A DNA stretch of 64,000 bases from Candidatus Bathyarchaeia archaeon (GTDB taxonomy: Archaea > Thermoproteota > Bathyarchaeia > Bathyarchaeales > Bathycorpusculaceae). Made by a program: the position numbers and the translations under genes. The stretch spans positions 4,285-68,284 of the forward strand of contig JAWCLS010000001.1 of assembly GCA_038850545.1 (NCBI GenBank), written 5' to 3'. Positions 1-8,595 of the stretch are shown piece after piece. Below the pieces are notes generated by a model. The model did no database searches and had not been told where the DNA came from. It saw nothing but the letters and a program-made list of their open reading frames with translations. Every line of letters starts with the position of its first letter. Position 1 is the stretch's first letter.

Positions 1-304
1 CCAGAGCCTGCCCCAACTTCAAGCACTTTGTGGCCTACTTCCAACTGGAGGGCTTCATTCATTATTGCAACCATGTCTCGCCTAGCTCAGCCTTAAAGCT
101 GAGGCTATGTGGCGCTGAGATTGTTTGCCCAAAACCAATTGGAAGAGGTGTGTCCACAGCGCTGTAAGATTGCATATTTTCCGGCAGAAACCTTGCTCTA
201 GGCACGGTGCGCATAGCTCTAATCACTTTTTGAGAGCGGAGGATGCCCTCTTTCATGAGATTATCAATGAGTCTCTCCCAGTCTCTCTCCAAACATTCCA
301 CCAA
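1..304 (-). CDS. pcm: protein-L-isoaspartate O-methyltransferase, 3'-partial at the window edge and interrupted by a 32-nt insert (exon 1 at 109..304, exon 2 at 1..76)
   Basis: The listed ORF 62..304 matches the PCMT N-terminus up to GFGQTISAPH, then diverges and stops. In another minus-strand frame the sequence continues MVAIMNEALQLEVGHKVLEVGAGSG (PCMT block plus SAM motif I) to position 1. Removing 32 nt joins the two parts in frame. Confidence 0.85.
77..108 (-). other. putative bulge-helix-bulge (BHB) intron inside the pcm coding sequence
   Basis: The minus-strand RNA reads 5'-CGCC ACA UAGC(C)UCAGC UUUAAG GCUGAGCUA GGCG AGA C-3'. It has a 4-bp central helix (CGCC/GGCG) flanked by two 3-nt bulges (ACA, AGA) on opposite strands, plus a 9-bp inner hairpin. 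Cutting after the 2nd nt of each bulge removes exactly 32 nt and gives ...GCG CCA CAC AUG GUU... = A P H M V. Confidence 0.55.
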
Positions 305-366
305 GTAAGTGAAATACAGATACTAGCATTTAACATTATTTACATCCTAAAATTGGCGAATGCGGT

Positions 367-2196
367 TTATTTCACAGTTACAGATTTTGCCAAGTTTCTC
401 GGCATGTCGGGGTTTAGCCCTCTTTCAACAGCCATATAATATGCTAAAAGCTGCAGTGGAATGACGAAGGGTATTGGCGACAAGACGTCTGGTATGCCTT
501 TTGGCACTTCCACATAGTCGTCGGCGAGCCTCTTAACTTCCTCGTCGCCTTCCTCTATGACCGCTATTATTGTGGCTCCTCTGGCTTTCATTTCCATAAT
601 GTTCCCTATTATTGTCTTGTGGGTTTCGTCTTTGGGACATATGAAAACCACGGGGAACTCGTGCTCGACTAGGCTTATTGGGCCGTGTTTGCTTTCGCCC
701 GCTGGAAAGGCTATGGATGGGATATAGGCTATTTCCATAAGTTTAAGTCTGCCCTCGTAAGCTGTTGCTGTGCTTATTCCACGGCCTAAGAAGAAGAACA
801 CTCCAGCATCTTTGTATTTTTTCGCGATGTTCTTCACTTTTTCTTCTTGACTTATTATTATTGTTTCAACCACGTCTGGCAACTTCTCAAGCTTTGCCTC
901 TAAAAAGTCCATCTCATCCTGGGAAATTTTCCCCCTTTTCTTTGCCAGCCTAAGGGCAAGTTGAGCAAGGACTGAAAGCTGAGAGGTGAAAGTTTTTGTT
1001 GCGGCAACTCCTATCTCTGGGCCGGATTGCTGACAAATATAGACCCGTGCAACCCTTGTTAGAGTGGAACCGATGACGTTGGTTAACCCTAGCACAGTTG
1101 CTGCCCTTTGACGGGCGATGTTCACCGCTGCAAGCGTGTCCGCCGTCTCGCCGGATTGGCTTACCGCCAAAATTGTGCTGTCAATGTTTACAGATTTACC
1201 GTGCTGTTCAACGAATTCTGAGGCTATCACAGGGTAGGTTGCGAGGAAAGCAAGTTTAGAAAACATGTAGGATGCAGCTAAACACGCATGGTAAGAGGTC
1301 CCGCAAGCCACCAAGAATACTTCACGGGCGCGGTCTAGGAAAGTTGCCATCAAGTCTAAATAGTGTTCCTGCAGCCTCAGCGTGTTCCGTAGACAGGCTG
1401 GCTGCTCATGAATCTCTTTTAACATGAAATGGGGGTAACCTTGCCTAACAGCCATTTCAGGCGTCCAATCAATAAGTTTGGGCTCCCGCATCACAAGGCT
1501 TGAATCCGCAATTTTTCTTATCTCGAAACCTTCCAAGGATAAGGTCACTAACTCTCCATCATCGATTATAACTGCCTTATTGGTTAGGGGTAGAAATGCT
1601 GGAATGTCTGAGGCGCAGTAGATTGCGTTTTCGCCTAATCCTACCACGAGGGGGCTCTCATGTTTGGCGCATACTATTTTGTTGGGTTCCTTAAGCGAAA
1701 TTACAGCTATGGCGTAAGAACCGTTAAGCTTCCTTACACTTTCAAGAACAGCATCCGTTAAGCTTATGGACGGATTATTTTTAAATGCATCCTCAATTAG
1801 GTGGGCTATAACTTCGGTGTCTGTTTTAGATTTGAAAATGTGGCCCTTGTTTTCCAATTCAAGCTTTAACTCGGCGAAGTTTTCTATTATTCCATTATGA
1901 ACGACAGCTATTTGCCAGTTACAGTCAACATGAGGGTGCGCATTAACCTCTAATGGGGCTCCATGGGTAGCCCACCTTGTGTGGCCTACGCCTATATTTC
2001 CAAGCAGAGAGTCGAGATTGTGAATCTTGTGAACTTCATCTATTTTTCCGCTGTCCTTTTTTACGTAGAGTTTGCCATTGTATATTGTTGCTTCGCCTAC
2101 TGAGTCGTAGCCGCGATATTCAAGTCTTTTTAAGGCTTGATGAATTACTGGCGCAGCGTTTCCATCTTTCATAATGCAGCCGAATATGCCACACAT
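367..2196 (-). CDS. glmS: glutamine--fructose-6-phosphate aminotransferase (isomerising)
   Basis: 609 aa with an MCGIFG N-terminal nucleophile, a class-II GATase domain and two SIS domains. The C-terminus ends ...AKSVTVK. Full-length family match. Confidence 0.95.
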   Translation of the reverse strand: MCGIFGCIMKDGNAAPVIHQALKRLEYRGYDSVGEATIYNGKLYVKKDSGKIDEVHKIHNLDSLLGNIGVGHTRWATHGAPLEVNAHPHVDCNWQIAVVHNGIIENFAELKLELENKGHIFKSKTDTEVIAHLIEDAFKNNPSISLTDAVLESVRKLNGSYAIAVISLKEPNKIVCAKHESPLVVGLGENAIYCASDIPAFLPLTNKAVIIDDGELVTLSLEGFEIRKIADSSLVMREPKLIDWTPEMAVRQGYPHFMLKEIHEQPACLRNTLRLQEHYLDLMATFLDRAREVFLVACGTSYHACLAASYMFSKLAFLATYPVIASEFVEQHGKSVNIDSTILAVSQSGETADTLAAVNIARQRAATVLGLTNVIGSTLTRVARVYICQQSGPEIGVAATKTFTSQLSVLAQLALRLAKKRGKISQDEMDFLEAKLEKLPDVVETIIISQEEKVKNIAKKYKDAGVFFFLGRGISTATAYEGRLKLMEIAYIPSIAFPAGESKHGPISLVEHEFPVVFICPKDETHKTIIGNIMEMKARGATIIAVIEEGDEEVKRLADDYVEVPKGIPDVLSPIPFVIPLQLLAYYMAVERGLNPDMPRNLAKSVTVK

Positions 2197-2205
2197 TTAA
2201 AAGCC

Positions 2206-2332
2206 TCATGCATTTGCACTTTTCTGCGAAATCTATCAAGCTTTTTGTTTAATAAGCATTTTTAATGAAAATTTTTCAATTCTAAAAGATTTTTGTAGGT
2301 TCTTTCGGCGGCGTGCACCTTTTAATGCATGA
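2206..2332. repeat. long-range inverted repeat in the glmS / wHTH divergent intergenic region
   Basis: TCATGCATTTGCAC (2206..2219) and GTGCACCTTTTAATGCATGA (2313..2332) were read directly. There is a 9-bp arm TCATGCATT/AATGCATGA plus a GTGCA(C) arm, about 93 nt apart. Confidence 0.5.
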
Positions 2333-2417
2333 AGAAAATTTGTGAAAATCTATTATTCTTCTGTAACCTTTAATAAAATTTTAATAATAGAGAGTGGCTT
2401 TTTGATTATGAAAGGCC

Positions 2418-3380
2418 ATGGATAAAAAATTGCTGTTTTATGATAATGGGAAAGCCCGGAAATTTAAGGAGATTAAAATATTTGATGATCCCCAAAGGTT
2501 TAAGTTGATTTTAGATAATCTTAGTTGGAAAATTTTGGTTTTGCTTTCTGAAAGGGAAATGTACCCTTTGGAAATAGCTAAAGATTTGGGGATTCACGAG
2601 CAGAAGGTCTATTACCATATAAGAAAGCTTGTGAAGGCTGGAGCAATAACTGTTACGAGGCAGGAGGAAAAGAAAGGAGCTGTGGCTAAATACTATAGGG
2701 CGACGTCTGCGGCTTTTGGAATAGAGCTTCCACGGGAATATAGGCCTATTGGAAGGCTTTCAACAATCAAAGATTACGAGAAAGTGCAAAAATTCTTCAG
2801 TGAATTTATTCTAGAGGATGGAAGTTTCAACGGGAAAATTGTGGTAGGAAGCCCCACGCCTCACGGTCCCTTTAAAACAAGTGCGAGAGACGGGCATTAT
2901 GCTTCCCATCTAACCTTCTTTCTTGGACAATTTACCAAGATGCCCGTGGACTTCGCCATAAAACTAGACGTGGACGTGAAGGCTGAGAAGGAGGAGAAAA
3001 ACAACCTTGTCCTCGTAGGCGGACCTGGAACCAATCTTTTAACACAGGAGCTGAACGAGTATCTTCCTATAAAGTTTAGTATGAAGCCCTCTGAGCAAGG
3101 CTTTCTTTTCGGCGGATTAGTGTCTCAGAAAACTTCGCAAGTTTACACTGCGGACACTGTTGGGCTTGTGGCAAAAATAGTTAACCCATGGGATGCAAGT
3201 AAGCGGGTCATAGTTTTGGCTGGAAATAAAGCAGTGGGCACAAAGGCATGTGTTTTAGCTTTAACAAACTTTTGGGAGAAAACCTTGAAGGAGTACACTG
3301 AAGGCACGTTTGCGGCGGTGATACAAGGCTTTGACTTGGACGGTGATGGAAAAGTGGACTCCATAGAAGTTCTTGAATAG
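2418..3380 (+). CDS. winged-helix (ArsR-like) DNA-binding protein with a large C-terminal domain
   Basis: The N-terminal segment ...WKILVLLSEREMYPLEIAKDLGIHEQKVYYHIRKLVKAGAI... is a typical ArsR/wHTH signature. The roughly 220-aa C-terminal domain is not recognised. Confidence 0.7.
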   Translation: MDKKLLFYDNGKARKFKEIKIFDDPQRFKLILDNLSWKILVLLSEREMYPLEIAKDLGIHEQKVYYHIRKLVKAGAITVTRQEEKKGAVAKYYRATSAAFGIELPREYRPIGRLSTIKDYEKVQKFFSEFILEDGSFNGKIVVGSPTPHGPFKTSARDGHYASHLTFFLGQFTKMPVDFAIKLDVDVKAEKEEKNNLVLVGGPGTNLLTQELNEYLPIKFSMKPSEQGFLFGGLVSQKTSQVYTADTVGLVAKIVNPWDASKRVIVLAGNKAVGTKACVLALTNFWEKTLKEYTEGTFAAVIQGFDLDGDGKVDSIEVLE

Positions 3381-3445
3381 TCACAAAAATCCTTTAGAGC
3401 GCTCTGCATAATGCACACATTAAGCGGTAATGAGGCAGATGTATT

Positions 3446-3871
3446 ATGGAAGTAACTGAAGTTGTTACGGCTTACGGACATAAGAATATTCAAGCCACTC
3501 ACAAGTCGACGCTTGAGATTACTAAAGAAAAAGAATTGTCAAAAAGGGGACACTGCATAATTGCCACTTCAGCAGATAAGGGTTTAAACGAGTTGAATGA
3601 AAGGTTTAAGGAAAGCCTACGCCGAGAAAATTCTAAACTTACGATCCTTATCGAGGCTGGAGGAGTAAGCGAAGTTATAAATGCTCAGGGGAGCCCGCTT
3701 CTTATTCTCACACATCCCACAGATATGATTGTGAGGAAAAGCAACTACATATGCAGTCGCACGCTTGGAATCTGCGCGGATAAGGCTGCCTGCAACCTTT
3801 CAAGGGAGCTTGTGGAAAAACTTAGAAGCCAAAACATGAAAGTGCGGGTAACACTAACCGTTACTATTTAG
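3446..3871 (+). CDS. DUF371-family protein
   Basis: 141 aa with GHKNIQATHKSTLEITKE and GHCIIATSADKG motifs resembling the archaeal DUF371 family. Family assignment is from memory. Confidence 0.6.
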   Translation: MEVTEVVTAYGHKNIQATHKSTLEITKEKELSKRGHCIIATSADKGLNELNERFKESLRRENSKLTILIEAGGVSEVINAQGSPLLILTHPTDMIVRKSNYICSRTLGICADKAACNLSRELVEKLRSQNMKVRVTLTVTI

Positions 3872-4938
3872 CGGATTTTAGCGTCCAGCACAGCTTGCCA
3901 CTCGTAGGGTGCAGTTTCGCGGACAAACCTTGAAAATAGGATTTTCTCCACTTCTCTGCCAAATTTTTCAACTTCGCCTTTGAAGCGAAGTTTCAAATTT
4001 TCAAGCGAATCAGAAGCTGTGACAAAGCTGTAAAAATGTATTGTGCCGCCTTCAGGTTTTAGGGCTTCACATGCGGCGTCGACAAAATCTATGGCTTTTT
4101 CAGGCAGGTTCATGATTACTCGATCCGCCAGACCCCTCAGCATTTGCTTAACTATTTGTTTTGCATCTCCAAAAATTGGGTGAACTTTTCTCTCAACCCT
4201 GTTTAGCCTAATGTTCCTTTTTAGGAAGGCGACCGCGTCGGGGTTCACATCTATTGCGTAAACTTTGACGTTTTCATGGGTTTTAGCGATTAGGATTGAG
4301 AAGGGGCCGACTCCTGCAAACATGTCTATAACTGTTTCACCATCCTCAACCAGCGAAGATACACGATTATGCTCATATGAGAGGCGCGGCGAAAAATAGA
4401 CCTTAGTCAAATCCACATAATATTTACAGCCATATTCTCTGTGAACTGTTTCAGTTTTGCGTTCTCCAGCTACGACTTCAAATTTTCTTAGGCGGTATGT
4501 TCCAGTAACGACTCCAGCCTTAGCCAAAACGGTGCAAACGTTTTTGTGCGCTTGCAAGATTGCATTGCCAATATTCATCTTGTAGGCTTCAAGTTCCGGC
4601 GGAATCTCAATTATGGCTATGTCTCCAACAAAGTCTATTGCATGGGGAAGACTTGCCAATAGGTAGGATGGAAGCCTGTCTTCAAGTAGCTCCAGAAATG
4701 TTTTAATACGCTTTTTCCTTTCGGTAAAGATGCGCTCTGAAACCTCTAGGTTTGAAATTTGTTCCTTAAGTTTTTCAAATTCTTCAGGCGATGGAAATCT
4801 AGTTAAGGGTACATAGATATGGGCGTCATCTCTTTGAATTTTCAGCTCTCCGTCAACTATTTTTAGCTTGTTAGCTGAAGCTATGGCTTTTTCGCCTTCT
4901 TTTTTTGGTACTTTAAGACATGGTGATGTTTCAGGCAT
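3868..4938 (-). CDS. trm5: tRNA (guanine37-N1)-methyltransferase Trm5 / Taw22-like (Met-10+ family)
   Basis: 356 aa with the class-I SAM MTase motif DMFAGVGPFSI and the NLP motif (MNLPEKA). The D1-D2-D3 architecture is typical of archaeal Trm5. Confidence 0.85.
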   Translation of the reverse strand: MPETSPCLKVPKKEGEKAIASANKLKIVDGELKIQRDDAHIYVPLTRFPSPEEFEKLKEQISNLEVSERIFTERKKRIKTFLELLEDRLPSYLLASLPHAIDFVGDIAIIEIPPELEAYKMNIGNAILQAHKNVCTVLAKAGVVTGTYRLRKFEVVAGERKTETVHREYGCKYYVDLTKVYFSPRLSYEHNRVSSLVEDGETVIDMFAGVGPFSILIAKTHENVKVYAIDVNPDAVAFLKRNIRLNRVERKVHPIFGDAKQIVKQMLRGLADRVIMNLPEKAIDFVDAACEALKPEGGTIHFYSFVTASDSLENLKLRFKGEVEKFGREVEKILFSRFVRETAPYEWQAVLDAKIR

Positions 4939-5110
4939 TAAACCACTGATTCAGGTGTATTTCATTCAATTATTTTGAAGAGTCTCTTTTGGTTATTATA
5001 ATCATAAGCCTTTCGCCTTAACATAGGCAAAGCATCTAGACCTCATAGATATACGGGCTTCTCGTTTGTTACCTCTTTAACACGCCAAAATCTCCATTTT
5101 CACTCGCTTT

Positions 5111-5680
5111 TCAATCAATTCTGCAGTCTTCGCAGACGAATTCTCCGTTCACTTCTTTAAGGTTATCTGACCATCCGCCGCAGCGATCGCAGTACCCGGC
5201 TAGGGATGAGCCTTCCTCTCTTGTTGTTTGCGCCATGTTTTCTCCTTCTATTAGGGCTTTTTCCTGAATGGTTTCTATGAGTTCAGGCATTACGTTTAAA
5301 ATGTCTTTGCTTGAGAGCAGCCCAACTAGTTGTCCCTTATACATTACCCCGAGTCTACGTATGTTTAGCCTGTTCATTCTCCTTGCAGCCTCGTTTATCG
5401 TTGCGTCTGGCTCTATTGTTATCAGGGGGGTGGTCATAACGTCCTTAGCCTTCAGAGAGTCTGGCTTGATGTTTTTGGCAAGCACTCTTACAACGAGGTC
5501 TCTTTCCGTTATAATTCCAATGGGTTTTCCATCTTTTCCAGTCACTATTATGCAGCCTAAGCCGTGTTTGTCCATGAGTTCTGCAACGTGGTTCGCCGTG
5601 GCTTCTTCTTCCACAGTTATGACTGGGCTGCTCATAACATCCTTAACCAGCATTCTGGACCTTAATCCAATTTCCGCCAT
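5111..5680 (-). CDS. CBS-pair domain protein with a C-terminal zinc ribbon
   Basis: Two CBS repeats (VKDVMSSPVITV..., AKDVMTTPLITI...) are followed by a CDRCGG...CEDC Cys4 tail. Confidence 0.85.
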   Translation of the reverse strand: MAEIGLRSRMLVKDVMSSPVITVEEEATANHVAELMDKHGLGCIIVTGKDGKPIGIITERDLVVRVLAKNIKPDSLKAKDVMTTPLITIEPDATINEAARRMNRLNIRRLGVMYKGQLVGLLSSKDILNVMPELIETIQEKALIEGENMAQTTREEGSSLAGYCDRCGGWSDNLKEVNGEFVCEDCRID

Positions 5681-5840
5681 TGTCCTCAGCCACTGAAGCC
5701 CTTTTTCATTTACCTATCGAAGTCAAAATGAAAACTGGCATTTAAAACTTATTATGCCATAAGGAATGCTGCAATTTCGCTGGATGGGGGAAGTTTATTA
5801 GACCGTGATTGTTTGATTCTAGTTCAGTTGGGATAAGCGT

Positions 5841-6731
5841 ATGTTAAGGACAAATTTTGATAGGCTGGTGAAAATTTCAGTTGTAGGCGAAGTGGCAAGT
5901 CCAGTTTATGGAAGAGGCGTATACAATATTTCAGCTGAAGGCGTTCCAATGGTTTTGCCTGGTGTTGGCGGAATAACCTACAACGTGAGGGTCGGCGACC
6001 CCGCCTGCGGTTGGGAGGCTGACCATGTTGAACCAGGCGTAAGCATAGAGAATAAGGAGAATGACCCGCGTTTTGGACAGGGTGCAAACACTGCTTTAAA
6101 TGTGCTTTCCTGTGTTGGAAATGAGGCTTTTGTGGTTTCCGGCGACGCTAAAGGCGCACGGGGCGTTGTGACTGGCAAGCATGGCGGAATAGAACATGTG
6201 CTTGTTGACTTTCAGCCAGAAACCCTTGAGAAGCTTATGCTCGGCGACAAGGTGCTTGTAAAGGCCTTCGGCGTAGGCCTCAAACTCTTGGATTTTCCAG
6301 AAGTTAAGGTTATGAATATGGATCCGCGTTTCCTAGAGGCCTTAAACCCCAGGCCGAACGGCGACAAGCTTGAAGTCCCAGTCACGCATATAATTCCAGC
6401 GGCGATTATGGGTTCGGGTTTGGGCGCCAACCAAACGTATTCAGGAGATTATGATATACAGCTTTTCGACGAGAATGTACGCCGAGAGTACGGCCTTGAC
6501 GATTTAAGGCTCGGCGATTTGGTGGCCATACTTGACGCGGACCACTCTTATGGGAGGATTTACCGTAAAGGAGCGGTTTCCGTAGGCATAATTGTGCACA
6601 CGAACTGCGTGACTTCAGGTCATGGACCCGGAGTTACAACGCTTTTAACCTCATCCTCTGGGAAGATTATTCCAAAAATTGACCCCAAAGCTAACATTGC
6701 TTTGCTTTTAAAGCTGAGGACAGATATATAA
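5841..6731 (+). CDS. conserved hypothetical protein (possibly DUF4438 family)
   Basis: 296-aa ORF with coding-like composition and no strong antisense alternative. The family guess is from memory only. Confidence 0.6.
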   Translation: MLRTNFDRLVKISVVGEVASPVYGRGVYNISAEGVPMVLPGVGGITYNVRVGDPACGWEADHVEPGVSIENKENDPRFGQGANTALNVLSCVGNEAFVVSGDAKGARGVVTGKHGGIEHVLVDFQPETLEKLMLGDKVLVKAFGVGLKLLDFPEVKVMNMDPRFLEALNPRPNGDKLEVPVTHIIPAAIMGSGLGANQTYSGDYDIQLFDENVRREYGLDDLRLGDLVAILDADHSYGRIYRKGAVSVGIIVHTNCVTSGHGPGVTTLLTSSSGKIIPKIDPKANIALLLKLRTDI

Positions 6732-6776
6732 GTAAGCAAGGTTATATCTGCTTTAGAACCTTAGCGAGATGTTGAT

Positions 6777-7067
6777 ATGCCTTACAAGAGGAAGAGTCGG
6801 GGGCGTTCAAAAGGCTCTAAGGGTAGAAGCGGCTTTGTCCAGTGTGCCAACTGCGGAGAGCTTGTGCCGCGGGATAAAGCCAAAAAAGTTACACGCAGAA
6901 TATCCCTAGTGGATCCTGCTTTGGCTAAGGAGCTTCGCCAGAAAGGCGCTTATATTTCAGCGCCTGTAGACACTAAATATTACTGTGTTTCATGCGCAGT
7001 GCATTATGGCATTGTGAAAGTTAGAGCCAAAGATGAGCGTCGCCTGCGTTTGGGCAGAAGATTTTAG
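6777..7067 (+). CDS. rps26e: 30S ribosomal protein S26e
   Basis: MPYKRKSRGRSKGSKGRSGFVQCANCG...YCVSCAVH matches the eS26 pattern (basic N-terminus, CxxC ... CxxC zinc motif). Confidence 0.9.
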   Translation: MPYKRKSRGRSKGSKGRSGFVQCANCGELVPRDKAKKVTRRISLVDPALAKELRQKGAYISAPVDTKYYCVSCAVHYGIVKVRAKDERRLRLGRRF

Positions 7068-7070
7068 GGT

Positions 7071-7694
7071 TTAGGCTTTTTCCATTTTCTTTAAGGCTTT
7101 ATAGGCGTGTATGCTTCTTTGCAGCACGGTTAGGTTTGTTAAGATTGCAAGTATAATTGCGGCAGCTTCTATGGCGTTTGCCAGGAAAATCTCAACTAGG
7201 CTTGCGGCTGCAATTATGATTATGCGTTCAGCTCTTTCCGCTATGCCCACAGCCTCCATTTTTAGGTTTGCGGCCTCGCCCCTTGCACGTGCGTAGCTTA
7301 CCAGCAATGAGCCTATTAGCACAGCAAGTCCCCATGGAATGGTGCAAAGCCCTCCGAGAATTATGCCTGCATAGACTGCTGAGTCCGCATACCTGTCCAG
7401 CAGCGAGTCTAAGAAGCCTCCGAAAGGTGTAGCTTTTCGGTGAAGCCTTGCAAGGGCGCCGTCTAGAACGTCGCAGTATCCAGACAATAAAAGCAGAACC
7501 ACCGCCCATGGGAGGTATGCACGTCCGTGGGTGTAGGCTAAAGCCGAGAGTAATGCTAAAACTATGCCTGCGGCGCTTACCGCATTAGGCGTTAACCCTA
7601 TCCGGCTGGCCGCTTTCGCCTGAGTTGCTATGGCTGATTGAACCTTAGCCTTAAGCTTTGTCAGCATGGGTTTTCGCTTTTTCTGTGTTAACAA
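7071..7694 (-). CDS. CDP-alcohol phosphatidyltransferase (archaetidylinositol-phosphate/serine synthase-like)
   Basis: The signature D(x)2DG(x)2AR...G(x)3D(x)3D is present as DVLDGALARLHRKATPFGGFLDSLLDRYAD. The protein is multi-TM. Confidence 0.9.
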   Translation of the reverse strand: MLTQKKRKPMLTKLKAKVQSAIATQAKAASRIGLTPNAVSAAGIVLALLSALAYTHGRAYLPWAVVLLLLSGYCDVLDGALARLHRKATPFGGFLDSLLDRYADSAVYAGIILGGLCTIPWGLAVLIGSLLVSYARARGEAANLKMEAVGIAERAERIIIIAAASLVEIFLANAIEAAAIILAILTNLTVLQRSIHAYKALKKMEKA

Positions 7695-8000
7695 TCCTTA
7701 TTTAAGAATTGGCGTGCAGGATGCTCCTTGCAGGTTGATTCACGTTTTATAACTGTGGCTTTACGCTTCTCAACTTTAGTTTTCTACAGGTTAAATCTAG
7801 ATTCGCCGCTATAGGCTATGTCAATTTTGCAGGGGCTTTCCAGCAACAAAATTGTATACCCTCTACATTTTTTGGTTTGTGGCGCAACCAATGGCAGCCC
7901 TATCCTCTAGTTTTTTGAAAAATAACGTCGGCCAGAAGACTCTTAAATGGAAGCCTAATTCACAGTAGAGTGTCGAATCCCTTAACGTGGGGGGTTAATC

Positions 8001-8594
8001 TTGTCTGATAGGGCAATTTTGGAGGTTGTTGCCTCAGAAGTTAAGGCTTGCACTAAATGTGGTCTTTGGAAAACTCGCAAAAATGCTGTTCCAGGCGAGG
8101 GAAATCCAAATGCCAAAATTATGTTTGTTGGTGAGGCCCCAGGCTACTGGGAAGATGTTAAGGGCAGGCCGTTTGTTGGTGCTGCAGGGAAATTTTTGGA
8201 CACGCTTTTGGCTGAGGCTGGGCTTTCAAGAGGTGAAGTCTTCATAGGAAATGTTTTGAAGTGTAGGCCTCCTGGAAACCGTGAGCCTTCGTCCAGCGAA
8301 ATCCAAACTTGCACGCCTTACTTGGATAGGCAAATAAAGGCTATAAAGCCGAAGCTTATGGTTACGCTTGGAAATTACTCCACAGCCTACATTTTCTCTG
8401 GGGCTGGACTGCCTTTCAACGGCATAACACAAGCTAGGGGAAAATTCTACCAGGCAAACGTTTCGGGCTTGGCTGTCACGGTTTTTCCAACCTTTCATCC
8501 AGCAGCTGGGCTTTACAGCGCCAAATACAAGCAAATTTTAACCGCCGATTTTAAGCTGCTTAAGGCAAAAATTTCCGAAATGAAACTTGTATAG
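8001..8594 (+). CDS. udg: uracil-DNA glycosylase, family 4
   Basis: CTKCGL...GEGNPNAKIMFVGEAPG...PFVGAAG motifs are present. The start is TTG (ttgtctgat) behind GTGGGGGGT. Confidence 0.9.
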   Translation: MSDRAILEVVASEVKACTKCGLWKTRKNAVPGEGNPNAKIMFVGEAPGYWEDVKGRPFVGAAGKFLDTLLAEAGLSRGEVFIGNVLKCRPPGNREPSSSEIQTCTPYLDRQIKAIKPKLMVTLGNYSTAYIFSGAGLPFNGITQARGKFYQANVSGLAVTVFPTFHPAAGLYSAKYKQILTADFKLLKAKISEMKLV

Positions 8595-8595
8595 G

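Noticed and set aside
2197-2417. Bacterial-type glmS ribozyme upstream of glmS
   Set aside because: I could not recognise the conserved glmS ribozyme core. The region is very AT-rich and this RNA class is not known in archaea. Only the inverted repeat is reported.
7695-8000. Unusually long (about 300 bp) intergenic region, checked for a small gene or ncRNA
   Set aside because: Only ORFs of 30 codons or fewer without SD or similarity were found. There is no tRNA-like fold, no C/D or H/ACA boxes and no SRP/RNase P motifs. It probably holds just the two divergent promoters.
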